From Chitinophagales bacterium (GTDB taxonomy: Bacteria > Bacteroidota > Bacteroidia > Chitinophagales > LD1): DNA of 64,000 nucleotides. The stretch spans positions 21,300 through 85,299 of the forward strand of contig JAEUUZ010000004.1 of assembly GCA_016786765.1 (NCBI GenBank), given 5' to 3'. Under the pieces are notes generated by a model. The model ran no database searches. It was given only the letters and a program-made list of their open reading frames with translations, and had not been told where the DNA came from. The first letter of the stretch is position 1; each line of letters begins with the position of its first letter. This document shows positions 1 to 8,888 of the stretch, in pieces. Made by a program: the position numbers and the translations under genes.

Positions 1-1149
1 TGCTATTGCACGAAGTCATCGCACTTTTCGTTTGTGGTGGAAGAGGCATTGAAAAGCAATGTGTTTTTGGAGACCTCATCGGCATTCGATTTCGAGTTGA
101 TTAAGAAATTAGAGGCGAAGAAAAAACTGACTAAGGACATTCAAATTATTTGCAACGGATATAAAACACAGAGCTACCAAAACAATATTATTGAAGCCAT
201 TCAAAACGGTTACAAAAACATTATTACTGTATTAGATAATGTGCAAGAATTGGATAAGTATCAACCGCTGGATGAGCCATTGCATATAGGGATGCGTATT
301 GCAGCTGAAGAAGAACCGAAGTATGAATTTTACACTTCGCGTTTGGGCATTCGCGCCAACGATGTGGTGTCGTATTACCAACAAAAAATTCAAAACAACC
401 CGAAATACGTTTTGAAAATGTTGCACTTCTTTATCGATACAGGGATTAAAGATGTGAACTATTATTGGACAGAATTCCACAAAGCTTTGAAAATTTATGT
501 GGAGTTGAAACGTATTTGTCCTACTCTGAATTCCATTAACCTTGGTGGTGGAATGCCGATTAAGCAATCGTTGGCCTTCGATTTCGATTACGAATACATG
601 ATCAATGAAATCGTAACACAAATCAAGAATGTGTGTAGCGAAGTGAATGTAGAAGAACCGCACATCTACACCGAATTCGGCAGTTACACAGTGGGTGAAA
701 CCGGTGCCGTTATTTTTTCTGTACTTGGACAAAAACAACAAAACGATAGAGAATCGTGGTATATGCTCGATGGTTCGTTGATGAACAACTTGCCTGATAT
801 TTGGGGACTATCACAGCGTTTCATCATGTTGCCCATCAACAAATGGAACGAAGAATATAAGCAAGTGAATTTGGGCGGCATTACCTGCGATGTAGGCGAT
901 TACTACAATTCAGATGCGCACATCAACCAGGTGTATTTGCCGAATATCAAAGAAGGCGAAAAGTTATATATCGGATTTTTCCATACCGGAGCTTACCAAG
1001 ATACCTTGAGTGGTTATGGAGGAATCAAACATTGTTTACTCCCTTCTCCTCCGCACATTTTAATTGATGAAGTGAAAGGAAAATTGGTGTACACCACTTT
1101 TGCGGAAGAGCAAACCGCTGAAAGTATGATGAAAATTTTAGGCTACTAA
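1..1149 (+). CDS. Arginine decarboxylase-like PLP enzyme (Orn/DAP/Arg decarboxylase family), 5' end cut by window edge
   Basis: Frame 1 is open from nt 1, with no stop before the listed Met at 34. Motifs LGGGMPI, EFGSYTVGE, GGITCDVGD and HTGAYQD are typical of fold-type III basic-amino-acid decarboxylases. Confidence 0.65.
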   Translation, partial: CYCTKSSHFSFVVEEALKSNVFLETSSAFDFELIKKLEAKKKLTKDIQIICNGYKTQSYQNNIIEAIQNGYKNIITVLDNVQELDKYQPLDEPLHIGMRIAAEEEPKYEFYTSRLGIRANDVVSYYQQKIQNNPKYVLKMLHFFIDTGIKDVNYYWTEFHKALKIYVELKRICPTLNSINLGGGMPIKQSLAFDFDYEYMINEIVTQIKNVCSEVNVEEPHIYTEFGSYTVGETGAVIFSVLGQKQQNDRESWYMLDGSLMNNLPDIWGLSQRFIMLPINKWNEEYKQVNLGGITCDVGDYYNSDAHINQVYLPNIKEGEKLYIGFFHTGAYQDTLSGYGGIKHCLLPSPPHILIDEVKGKLVYTTFAEEQTAESMMKILGY

Positions 1150-1159
1150 TTCGAGTTTT

Positions 1160-1585
1160 TCAAGAATTAAAATGCGTTTGATTAATCAAATTGCAGATTT
1201 CTGATTTTACAATACTGCGTGCATTTTTACCATCGCCATTGGTTTCCATGGCTAGTTTAATTTTTTTCATCAACAACTCCATTTCCGACTCTAGGAAGCC
1301 CATGGATACAGCTATTTGCATACACTTCTTTACTTCTAATTCGTGAAATTCGCCATCAATAAGCGCTACAGAAAGGATATTATCTAAATGAATGAAACGA
1401 TACATAATATCGCGCGCTTCAGGGTTGTGCGATTGTTCTTTGAGGTTATTCACTACTTCGTTACTGCAAAACATTTCGGTGAATATTTTGAGCAATTTAT
1501 CTTCAGCCGGATGGATTTTATTATCGGCTAGAATAACCTGATTAATTTCGTCTAATTGCTTTTGGGGAGTAATTTTCTTAGGCAT
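1160..1585 (-). CDS. Small cytoplasmic helical protein, possibly TerB-like
   Basis: 141 aa, no signal peptide. Two similar halves (ILADNKIHPAEDKLL / ALIDGEFHELEVKK) recall the TerB fold. The family call is weak. Confidence 0.35.
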   Translation of the reverse strand: MPKKITPQKQLDEINQVILADNKIHPAEDKLLKIFTEMFCSNEVVNNLKEQSHNPEARDIMYRFIHLDNILSVALIDGEFHELEVKKCMQIAVSMGFLESEMELLMKKIKLAMETNGDGKNARSIVKSEICNLINQTHFNS

Positions 1586-1634
1586 AGGGTTTGATTTGAA
1601 GAAAAAACTCCAACAACCGTGCCATACAAAACAA

Positions 1635-1660
1635 AAAGGCTATCCCGAAGAATAGCCTTT
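1635..1660 (-). terminator. Rho-independent terminator downstream of the 1679-2593 gene
   Basis: Hairpin aaaggctat/atagccttt with an 8-nt loop. Read on the minus strand it is followed by TTTTTGTTTTG. Confidence 0.55.
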
Positions 1661-1678
1661 TCAATAGTTAGTCTGTGA

Positions 1679-2593
1679 TTAGAACTTCACTCCAAAATTA
1701 AAGCCGAAACGAGCATATGGGCCATTATTTATATTTCTTGGCCCCTGTCCGCCATTCTGAAATTGGCGTCCATTCAACGAAAACGACTGACCGATACTTC
1801 CATTGGTTCCAAAATAAAAGCGTTTTACCACGAACTCAAACTTCAATCCAACAGCTGAAGCCATGCCAAAATCCGTTCCGCTTGTTTGCACATAATTGCC
1901 GAACTGATCGTAATAAAAACGATTATTATCTCTTGTTACTAAGCCATTTAAGCCTAAATAAGGGGTAATGTAGATTAGCTTTTTTCGCTTGAGATTAAAG
2001 GCAAAAGTAGGACCTACACCTAAACCCGCTTGAAAACTAGGGCCACGAGAGAAGCCGGTTAATGCCGTTCCAAATGCAAACACATCTGCACCTACTTTAA
2101 CCGGTTTGCGCCATGGTTTTTTAGGGAAAATTTTACCCCCTAATGTCAATTCAATGCCTACACCCGCAAAACTGTTATGTGCACTTGCATTAGGTCCTAG
2201 TGTAAGATAAATTCCACTTGCACGTGTACGCAATGCAACAGAATCCAAACCTCTACGTCCATGCGAACAGCTTCCCGGCTCACAGGTTTTTCCTTTATCG
2301 CCATACTTATAATCGCTTGGAGCTCCTTGTGTTGTAGGTGGCTCCGGACGAGCAGGTGGCAATTGAGGTCTCAACTCTTCGCGGGTAATTTTTTCTACTT
2401 CTTCAATTTTTACGTTGAATACATTTCTGTCGGATGATTTTATCTTTAACGAAACTCCGGGAATTTGTTCAATAATAACCCCGTGATATACATTGCCGTT
2501 TTTCAGGTAAACAACTTCTTCATATTTCCCAAGCTGTGCCTTAGCAAAGAAAGGAAGTACGATAATAGCCAGAATGGCGAAATACTTTTTCAT
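1679..2593 (-). CDS. Putative outer-membrane beta-barrel protein
   Basis: Signal peptide MKKYFAILAIIVLPFFAKAQ starts at the internal Met (nt 2593; the ORF extends to 2623). The C-terminal half is Gly/aromatic-rich with alternating pattern and ends in FGFNFGVKF (terminal Phe). Confidence 0.5.
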   Translation of the reverse strand: MKKYFAILAIIVLPFFAKAQLGKYEEVVYLKNGNVYHGVIIEQIPGVSLKIKSSDRNVFNVKIEEVEKITREELRPQLPPARPEPPTTQGAPSDYKYGDKGKTCEPGSCSHGRRGLDSVALRTRASGIYLTLGPNASAHNSFAGVGIELTLGGKIFPKKPWRKPVKVGADVFAFGTALTGFSRGPSFQAGLGVGPTFAFNLKRKKLIYITPYLGLNGLVTRDNNRFYYDQFGNYVQTSGTDFGMASAVGLKFEFVVKRFYFGTNGSIGQSFSLNGRQFQNGGQGPRNINNGPYARFGFNFGVKF

Positions 2594-2669
2594 GTTTTTA
2601 TGTTTGTGGAGTAAACGTAACACGAATTCTATTATTGTGCAAAAAAACTGTAGCGTTTGTTAAGAGCTC

Positions 2670-5600
2670 TTAATGCATTAAATGTAGAAAGCCTTCCACC
2701 GTTAAATGTCGGTCGAAGAAATCTAATCCTTCCACTTTATACTGATAAATATCATCGTTTTGCAACTGGTTTTTGTATTTCCCGTCCCAACCTACGTTCA
2801 TATCATTTGTTTCAAAAACCAACTCGCTCCATCGGTTATAAATACGGAAATACAATAATTTCTTTACGCCCCACCCTTCTGCATATACGATATCATTTGC
2901 ACCATCGCCATTGGGCGTGAATGTATTTGGCATCTTAATAAAGGTTTCGGGATACACATCCAAATCGTAACGAGAAACACCGGAAAAACAACCTAAAATG
3001 GTGTCGTTAAAACTCACCATATAGGTTTGTTTCATTAACACATGCTCTACTTGTGGGAACGGACAACTGTAACAATTTAAACCTGTATCGGGTTGCCAAA
3101 TATACTGATAGCCGAATTGTGGCTGGAATGGCAAGATTACAGTGCTTCCCAGTGGTACGATGGTATCGAAAATAACTTCGTTGGGGGGAAGTATAACGAA
3201 CACAGAAGTCCATGAAGTGTCGGTACAACTATATCTATTCGACACGGTTAAAAGCACCGGTGTTGTGGATGAAAACTTTCCACTGCTGAATAATCCGGTA
3301 TCCGGATTCAAAATAGACTCGGGACTCCACTGATACGACAAGCCGGTATCGGAAGGAACAGCATACACAAAGGCGTCACTGCCCAAACAAATGGTATCGC
3401 CAATGGCGAAAGCTGTAGGGGTTGGATGAACAATAATATCTTTTGCAACTGTGTCTTTGCAACCGAACTGAATGTTTTTAATAGAGAGTGTAACAGTGTA
3501 TGTACCCGGGGCAGAATAGCTGTATTCACTGACATCTTTCGCAGTCGAGGTAGTTCCGTTTCCAAAATCCCAGAAGTAGGAATCTGCTCCAACCGATTTG
3601 TTTTCGAGCAGATATTGTTCTCCGAAACAAATAGATGTATCGCCTTGGTTGCGCAAGAAATCGGCAAACACATCTTTTAGATTGATGGTTTTCTCTACAG
3701 AATAAGGGCAGTATCCCCCCGGACCAGAAACCGTTAATTTTGCTTGTGTTGAACCACCGTTTGGCACATACGTATAGGTATGCGTAACCGGTGAAACATC
3801 TGCCATTACGCTACCATCGCCAAAATCCCACACATAATGCTGCACGTCTATAGTATCTTTAATCGTAAATTGAATACGATCATTCACGCAAATATTGTTC
3901 GTATCAATTTCAAAATCACCTTTGGGACCAATCACATTAAATACGCGTGTAACGGTATCGGCACAGCCGAAATCGTCTGTTATCTTAAGTGTAACGGTAT
4001 TTAAGCCTCTTGGAAAAGTAAGCGCAATCGAATCCAGAAAATAATTCGTGGTATTGTTGAGCGTCCAAGTAACACGTGGAGCACCTGTACTGTTCGAATC
4101 TACATATTTTAAATTTGCATTCAGCGGAAAGCAAAATTCTTGTGTTGCATCGGCATCCGATAATATCGACAAAACAGGTTTTTTGTTCACTGTTACCGGT
4201 ACTTGTACAGCGCCTACACAACCCGGGTTATCAGCATCGGTATAATCCAACCGAACAAAAATCACACCCGATGTATCTTTATACACTACTTTGTTTGAAG
4301 GCAAAGTGCTTGTATTTCCATTTCCAAAAGTCCATACCAGATTCACATTTGAGGAATTTGTTGCAGAAAGTACAACCGTATCGCCTTGGCAAACAACCGC
4401 TTTAGAGGAATTAATACCATTGCTCAACTGGAAAGAGCGAATAATGATTTCATATGCATAAGAACACCCAAAGGTATCGCGAGCAAAAAATCGCACAATT
4501 ACTGAATCGCTGTTTGGTGCCATGGCGGTATAGGTATGGGAAAGCGAATCGGTACCCACTTGTATTACACCATCGCCAAAATCCCATGAAAGAGAATCGA
4601 ATGGAGCATGAGAGATTACATTAGCATCAAACACTACTTTTTGCGGTAAACAAATGAACGAGTCGCTCACCTTTACATTTGCAAAAATCTGGTTCACATT
4701 AAAACTCTTGTAGGCTGTGTCTTTGCAACCAATTGCATTTTCTACAATAACGCCAACAAGGTAAGCACCGGTGTCAGCATCCGACAAGGTATACGTTGGA
4801 TACAAGGTCCGCTGAGGAGGTATGGTTATCCAAGTATAATTCAACTTACAGCCTGTACCAATTAAACCGGAAGACAATGATGCATCTAATGTAACTGAAC
4901 TAGACTTGCATAAATTGTCGGCCATATTAAATCGAGCAACCGGTTTACTCACTATTACGGTTTGAACAAAAGTATCCGGAGAACAAGTGTTTGTGTCGTT
5001 ATAGGCTGTTTGCGTAACCGTATATATTCCATCGGCAAGATAGCGATGCCGTGGGTTTCGGACTGTACTCGTAGTGTTATCTCCAAAGTTATATAACCAA
5101 CGTGTTGCTATTTGTGATTTATCTATAAAGTCCACTACATATGGAGAATCGCAATATTGCTTATACCGAAAATCAGCAATTGGCCCATTGACAAACAATT
5201 GTAATGTTGTATCACTAAAGCAACCAAAACTGCCAACTTCCAATTGTATGGTTTGAATACCGGAAGTATGTGCATAGGTGATTACATCATTTTTATCTTG
5301 AAAGCAACTGAAGTTCGAAAGTCCATCTCCCCAATAATGCCATTGATCTACAGAATCTGCAGCCGGGGTAAGATTGGTAAGGGTGATAGGTTCACCGGGG
5401 CATACACTCGTTTTACTCAAACTAAAATTAGGATGTGGTTTAGCGCCAACGGTGATCATGGTAACATAAGAAGTATCAAAGCATCCGTTTTGGTTTTTTA
5501 TCCATATGCGCATGGCATACTTTCCCGGGTTAACATAGGTATGCGTTACATCATCTTGTGTTGGAGGTAATGTTACGGGTGGAGTGCCATCGCCATAATC

Positions 5601-7013
5601 AACCGTCCATTGCTGCAATAAGAAAACGGTATACGATTTATTAATCACCTTTGTAGTGAGCGGTGCACAGCCTTGTGTTGCCGTTGGCTCAAAGTGTGCT
5701 ATGGACGGATAATATACCGGCTGACAGTACCTCAACATGCAACCAAATCGAGTGTACAACTTCACGCAAACACTTTCGTTGGCGCTCCATGTGATAGTGT
5801 CAAAGCCTATGTTTGCGATTACATTATCGCTGTATTTTTTGCTGATAACAATAGAATCTTTTTTGGCGAAAGACCATTTTACAGAATCCAACAACATCGA
5901 GTCTTGAACCACTAATTTTAGGGTAAAAGGCTTACTGCAAACAGAATCAGGAATTACATCAAAACGAATGATGGGGTTAATGACTCGAACCTGCTTTGTT
6001 TTTGACTTCAAACATCCATTAGCGATGGTAAATAAGGTAACATTATACAACCCTGTTGTGTTGTATTGCGCATAAGTAGACGGCAAATTGAGTTGCCCAA
6101 TAGCTGAAGCTCCACTTAAGTTCCAAACATAATTGGCACCCGTTACCAGTTTCGCATCCAAATTTAAATCCACGCCAACACAAACAGTATCTTTCATAAT
6201 AAAATCCGACTGAAAGTTAGCAACGCGGACAACAGTATCTAGTTTATAGGTACATCCAAAAGTATCTACTGCTATACATTGCAAACGGTAAGTCCCTGTA
6301 TCGGCATAGGTTTTTGCGGGTGGTGTTTTAACCGATGAAGTTGTTCCATCGCCAAAACTCCAACTGTAACTCTTGATTGGAAACAAATTGGTTAACGTGT
6401 TTGTAAATGTAACCGTATGGGGTTTAGTACAACCTAATAATGGAGAACCGATGACTTGTCCTTTGAAACCGGAGACTACAATAAAAGAATCTTTTAATAA
6501 TGTAACATTGCAACTTGGTGTGGGAGAGGAAAGTTCTAAACCCACAGCATAAAATCCGGGCTGTGTATAAGTATGCGAAGCATTTATGCCGGAGCCTGCG
6601 TATCCATCTCCGAAAGTCCAATTATAACCGCTGATGGTTACCCCGGATGGAGCATTGGAGATTCCGCTAAAATTTACTGTATACTGAACACATCCTATAT
6701 TAACAGAAGTATCTGTAACAATTTGGGGTACAGGTTTGGAATACACCTTAATTTGAACTGTCCCAACTACTGGTCCGGTTGCTGTAGCTCTGAACTCAAC
6801 ATTGTAAGTGCCTGGATTGATAAATACGTTGCTTGGATTTTGAAGCACCGAACTTGCCCCATCCTTAAAATCCCAATAAAATGTAGACGCTCCAGCCGGT
6901 GCTGTAAAATTCACTTTGAGTGGAACACACCCACTGTTTACATCAGCAGTTTGTGCATTCGAAAACATACTGTAGCATAAGAACAATAAAAGAAATTTGT
7001 ATTTAGACAGCAT
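2670..7013 (-). CDS. Giant PKD-repeat surface protein with type-B T9SS sorting domain (gliding-motility-associated C-terminal domain)
   Basis: Signal peptide MLSKYKFLLLFLCYSMFSNAQ. More than 10 repeats with the W(D/N)FGDG...H.Y...G.Y.V PKD signature. C-terminus FTPNGDGANDIV...IYNRWSELVFE...WDGKYKNQ matches the type-B CTD pattern. Confidence 0.85.
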   Translation of the reverse strand: MLSKYKFLLLFLCYSMFSNAQTADVNSGCVPLKVNFTAPAGASTFYWDFKDGASSVLQNPSNVFINPGTYNVEFRATATGPVVGTVQIKVYSKPVPQIVTDTSVNIGCVQYTVNFSGISNAPSGVTISGYNWTFGDGYAGSGINASHTYTQPGFYAVGLELSSPTPSCNVTLLKDSFIVVSGFKGQVIGSPLLGCTKPHTVTFTNTLTNLFPIKSYSWSFGDGTTSSVKTPPAKTYADTGTYRLQCIAVDTFGCTYKLDTVVRVANFQSDFIMKDTVCVGVDLNLDAKLVTGANYVWNLSGASAIGQLNLPSTYAQYNTTGLYNVTLFTIANGCLKSKTKQVRVINPIIRFDVIPDSVCSKPFTLKLVVQDSMLLDSVKWSFAKKDSIVISKKYSDNVIANIGFDTITWSANESVCVKLYTRFGCMLRYCQPVYYPSIAHFEPTATQGCAPLTTKVINKSYTVFLLQQWTVDYGDGTPPVTLPPTQDDVTHTYVNPGKYAMRIWIKNQNGCFDTSYVTMITVGAKPHPNFSLSKTSVCPGEPITLTNLTPAADSVDQWHYWGDGLSNFSCFQDKNDVITYAHTSGIQTIQLEVGSFGCFSDTTLQLFVNGPIADFRYKQYCDSPYVVDFIDKSQIATRWLYNFGDNTTSTVRNPRHRYLADGIYTVTQTAYNDTNTCSPDTFVQTVIVSKPVARFNMADNLCKSSSVTLDASLSSGLIGTGCKLNYTWITIPPQRTLYPTYTLSDADTGAYLVGVIVENAIGCKDTAYKSFNVNQIFANVKVSDSFICLPQKVVFDANVISHAPFDSLSWDFGDGVIQVGTDSLSHTYTAMAPNSDSVIVRFFARDTFGCSYAYEIIIRSFQLSNGINSSKAVVCQGDTVVLSATNSSNVNLVWTFGNGNTSTLPSNKVVYKDTSGVIFVRLDYTDADNPGCVGAVQVPVTVNKKPVLSILSDADATQEFCFPLNANLKYVDSNSTGAPRVTWTLNNTTNYFLDSIALTFPRGLNTVTLKITDDFGCADTVTRVFNVIGPKGDFEIDTNNICVNDRIQFTIKDTIDVQHYVWDFGDGSVMADVSPVTHTYTYVPNGGSTQAKLTVSGPGGYCPYSVEKTINLKDVFADFLRNQGDTSICFGEQYLLENKSVGADSYFWDFGNGTTSTAKDVSEYSYSAPGTYTVTLSIKNIQFGCKDTVAKDIIVHPTPTAFAIGDTICLGSDAFVYAVPSDTGLSYQWSPESILNPDTGLFSSGKFSSTTPVLLTVSNRYSCTDTSWTSVFVILPPNEVIFDTIVPLGSTVILPFQPQFGYQYIWQPDTGLNCYSCPFPQVEHVLMKQTYMVSFNDTILGCFSGVSRYDLDVYPETFIKMPNTFTPNGDGANDIVYAEGWGVKKLLYFRIYNRWSELVFETNDMNVGWDGKYKNQLQNDDIYQYKVEGLDFFDRHLTVEGFLHLMH

Positions 7014-7096
7014 GTATTTGAGGTGTGTATTCGTGAAAGTATAAAAAAGTTGTTAACTTAGCTAACAAGGAGTTATTTATTTTTACCCCGGTAAAT

Positions 7097-7855
7097 ATGC
7101 TGAAATACTTTTCCATTCTATTTTTTACGCTCATCGTACAGTTAGCTGTAGCGCAGAAAGACTCTGTAAATAGCCTTCCTTGTGCCAACAGAACATTCAT
7201 TATTTTAGCCCACGAATTCTTAGACACCACAAGAATTCCTTCTGTTACCCTAGCATCGCTTAATGCAGATATAGCAGCACTTAATAATGCATTTGCACCT
7301 ATTTGCGTTTCGTTTAAGCTTTGTGAAAAACGAGACATTATCAATTACAATTTCAATGTTTGGTATAGCGACAGCATGCAAGCGGAAGCATTATCATTAT
7401 ATGCTGAAGACAGGCTGATTGACGTTTATTTAGTAGACGAGATAAAAGAACCTGGCGGAGCAGCCGGTTATGCAACATTAGGTGGAATCAGTATACCCAA
7501 CTCACTTGTTGTACTTACTAAAGGTTCAGGTTCAGGTGTATGGATTCATGAATTTGGCCATTATTTTGGCTTGGAACATACATTCGACATTAGTAACGGA
7601 GCAGAATTAGTGAATGGTAGCAATTGCACGACAGCCGGTGATGGCATTTGTGATACACCTGCGGATCCCTATCCCAATGGAACAGCCAACTCGCTCTGCG
7701 AATTTCAATCTTCACAAAAAGATGCCAATGGAGATTATTATCTACCGGATGTTGAGAATTATATGTCGTATTATATATGTGCCTGCCGATTTACGCATGA
7801 CCAATATGTTCGCATGTACAATACCTATATGATTGCTCCGAAAACCCATTGGTAA
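7097..7855 (+). CDS. Secreted zinc metalloprotease, M43 (pappalysin/cytophagalysin-like)
   Basis: Signal peptide MLKYFSILFFTLIVQLAVAQ. HEFGHYFGLEHTF zinc motif, followed by Cys-rich GDGICDTPADP and YMSY (Met-turn). Confidence 0.75.
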   Translation: MLKYFSILFFTLIVQLAVAQKDSVNSLPCANRTFIILAHEFLDTTRIPSVTLASLNADIAALNNAFAPICVSFKLCEKRDIINYNFNVWYSDSMQAEALSLYAEDRLIDVYLVDEIKEPGGAAGYATLGGISIPNSLVVLTKGSGSGVWIHEFGHYFGLEHTFDISNGAELVNGSNCTTAGDGICDTPADPYPNGTANSLCEFQSSQKDANGDYYLPDVENYMSYYICACRFTHDQYVRMYNTYMIAPKTHW

Positions 7856-7871
7856 ACAGAAAAATTGAAAC

Positions 7872-8888
7872 ATGAGATTGCTTTATTTTTTTCTGATTTT
7901 GTTTTGTATCCCATCCTCTTTTGCGCAAGACTTACACTACACGCAATACGATAAACTATTGAGCCGATACAATCCTGCAACCAATGCACACATTGAATCT
8001 ACATTTCGATTCGGATTAAATTATCGCATGCAATGGTTTAATCTGCCGAATAAGTTTTCTACAGTTCAACTAGAAGGAGCCTATAAAGTACAGGAGGGAC
8101 CTTTAAAAAATTTCACAACCAGCATTTATTTTTCGCATGATATGGTAACTAAAACCGGGTTGAGCAACTTAGGCTTCAATATTGGTGGTGCATATCCGAT
8201 TACTTTCAAAAACCATGCATTGGCCTTAGGTATTAACCTAGGATTGATTTACAGAAAAATTGACATGAATAATAGAAGCTTCCCTTCGCAATGGAATTTA
8301 GCAGCAGGTGATTTCGATACAAAAACAAGCAATAACGAAAACTACGGAATTACGCAAAAAATAATGTTTGATTTAGGAGCCGGAATTTCATGGAAATCAA
8401 CGTTTAAAAGTGGCGATTTAAATTTGGGTCTAGGCGTTTTTCATGCTAATCGCCCTAAAGATGGAATCGCCCGCGACAACAGTCGTTTAGGGGTTCTTTA
8501 TAATGCGCATATTGCCTATAAACTATTCTTGAAAAACAGAAAATATTCCATCGAACCTAAGCTTCGTTATCAATATCTCGACAAAGCATCTGAAATGAAT
8601 TTCGGACTCGAAGGCAACATTTATCTTCAACCTTCATCGCCAGAAAAAGCACAAAATGCAATCATTGTAGGTGTATTAGGACGTGCAGGCTTCAAACGAA
8701 CATATGATGCCATCAGTCCTTTAGTGGGATATAAATATCAACAGTTCTCTGCGCTCCTCAGCTACGATGTACACATAGGAAAATTTAGAACAGATTTCGG
8801 AACCAGCTCGAGTGTGGAACTAACGCTTCTCTACACCATCTCCAGCAAAAAAGTATACTATTATGGTGTTCCGTGCGGAATATATTAA
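7872..8888 (+). CDS. PorP/SprF-family T9SS outer-membrane protein
   Basis: Signal peptide, then AQDLHYTQYDKLLSRYNPA (family signature QD.h.sQY....NPA). About 338 aa of beta-barrel-like sequence. Sits next to a type-B CTD cargo gene. Confidence 0.75.
   Translation: MRLLYFFLILFCIPSSFAQDLHYTQYDKLLSRYNPATNAHIESTFRFGLNYRMQWFNLPNKFSTVQLEGAYKVQEGPLKNFTTSIYFSHDMVTKTGLSNLGFNIGGAYPITFKNHALALGINLGLIYRKIDMNNRSFPSQWNLAAGDFDTKTSNNENYGITQKIMFDLGAGISWKSTFKSGDLNLGLGVFHANRPKDGIARDNSRLGVLYNAHIAYKLFLKNRKYSIEPKLRYQYLDKASEMNFGLEGNIYLQPSSPEKAQNAIIVGVLGRAGFKRTYDAISPLVGYKYQQFSALLSYDVHIGKFRTDFGTSSSVELTLLYTISSKKVYYYGVPCGIY

Noticed and set aside
232-881. Minus-strand ORFs 232-741 and 684-881 overlapping the decarboxylase gene
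   Set aside because: They are antisense shadow ORFs. The plus-strand frame carries the conserved PLP-decarboxylase motifs.
7003-7344. 113-aa minus-strand ORF spanning the PKD-gene / M43-gene divergent region
   Set aside because: It overlaps the 5' end of the well-supported M43 protease gene on the other strand, and it has no signal or motif.
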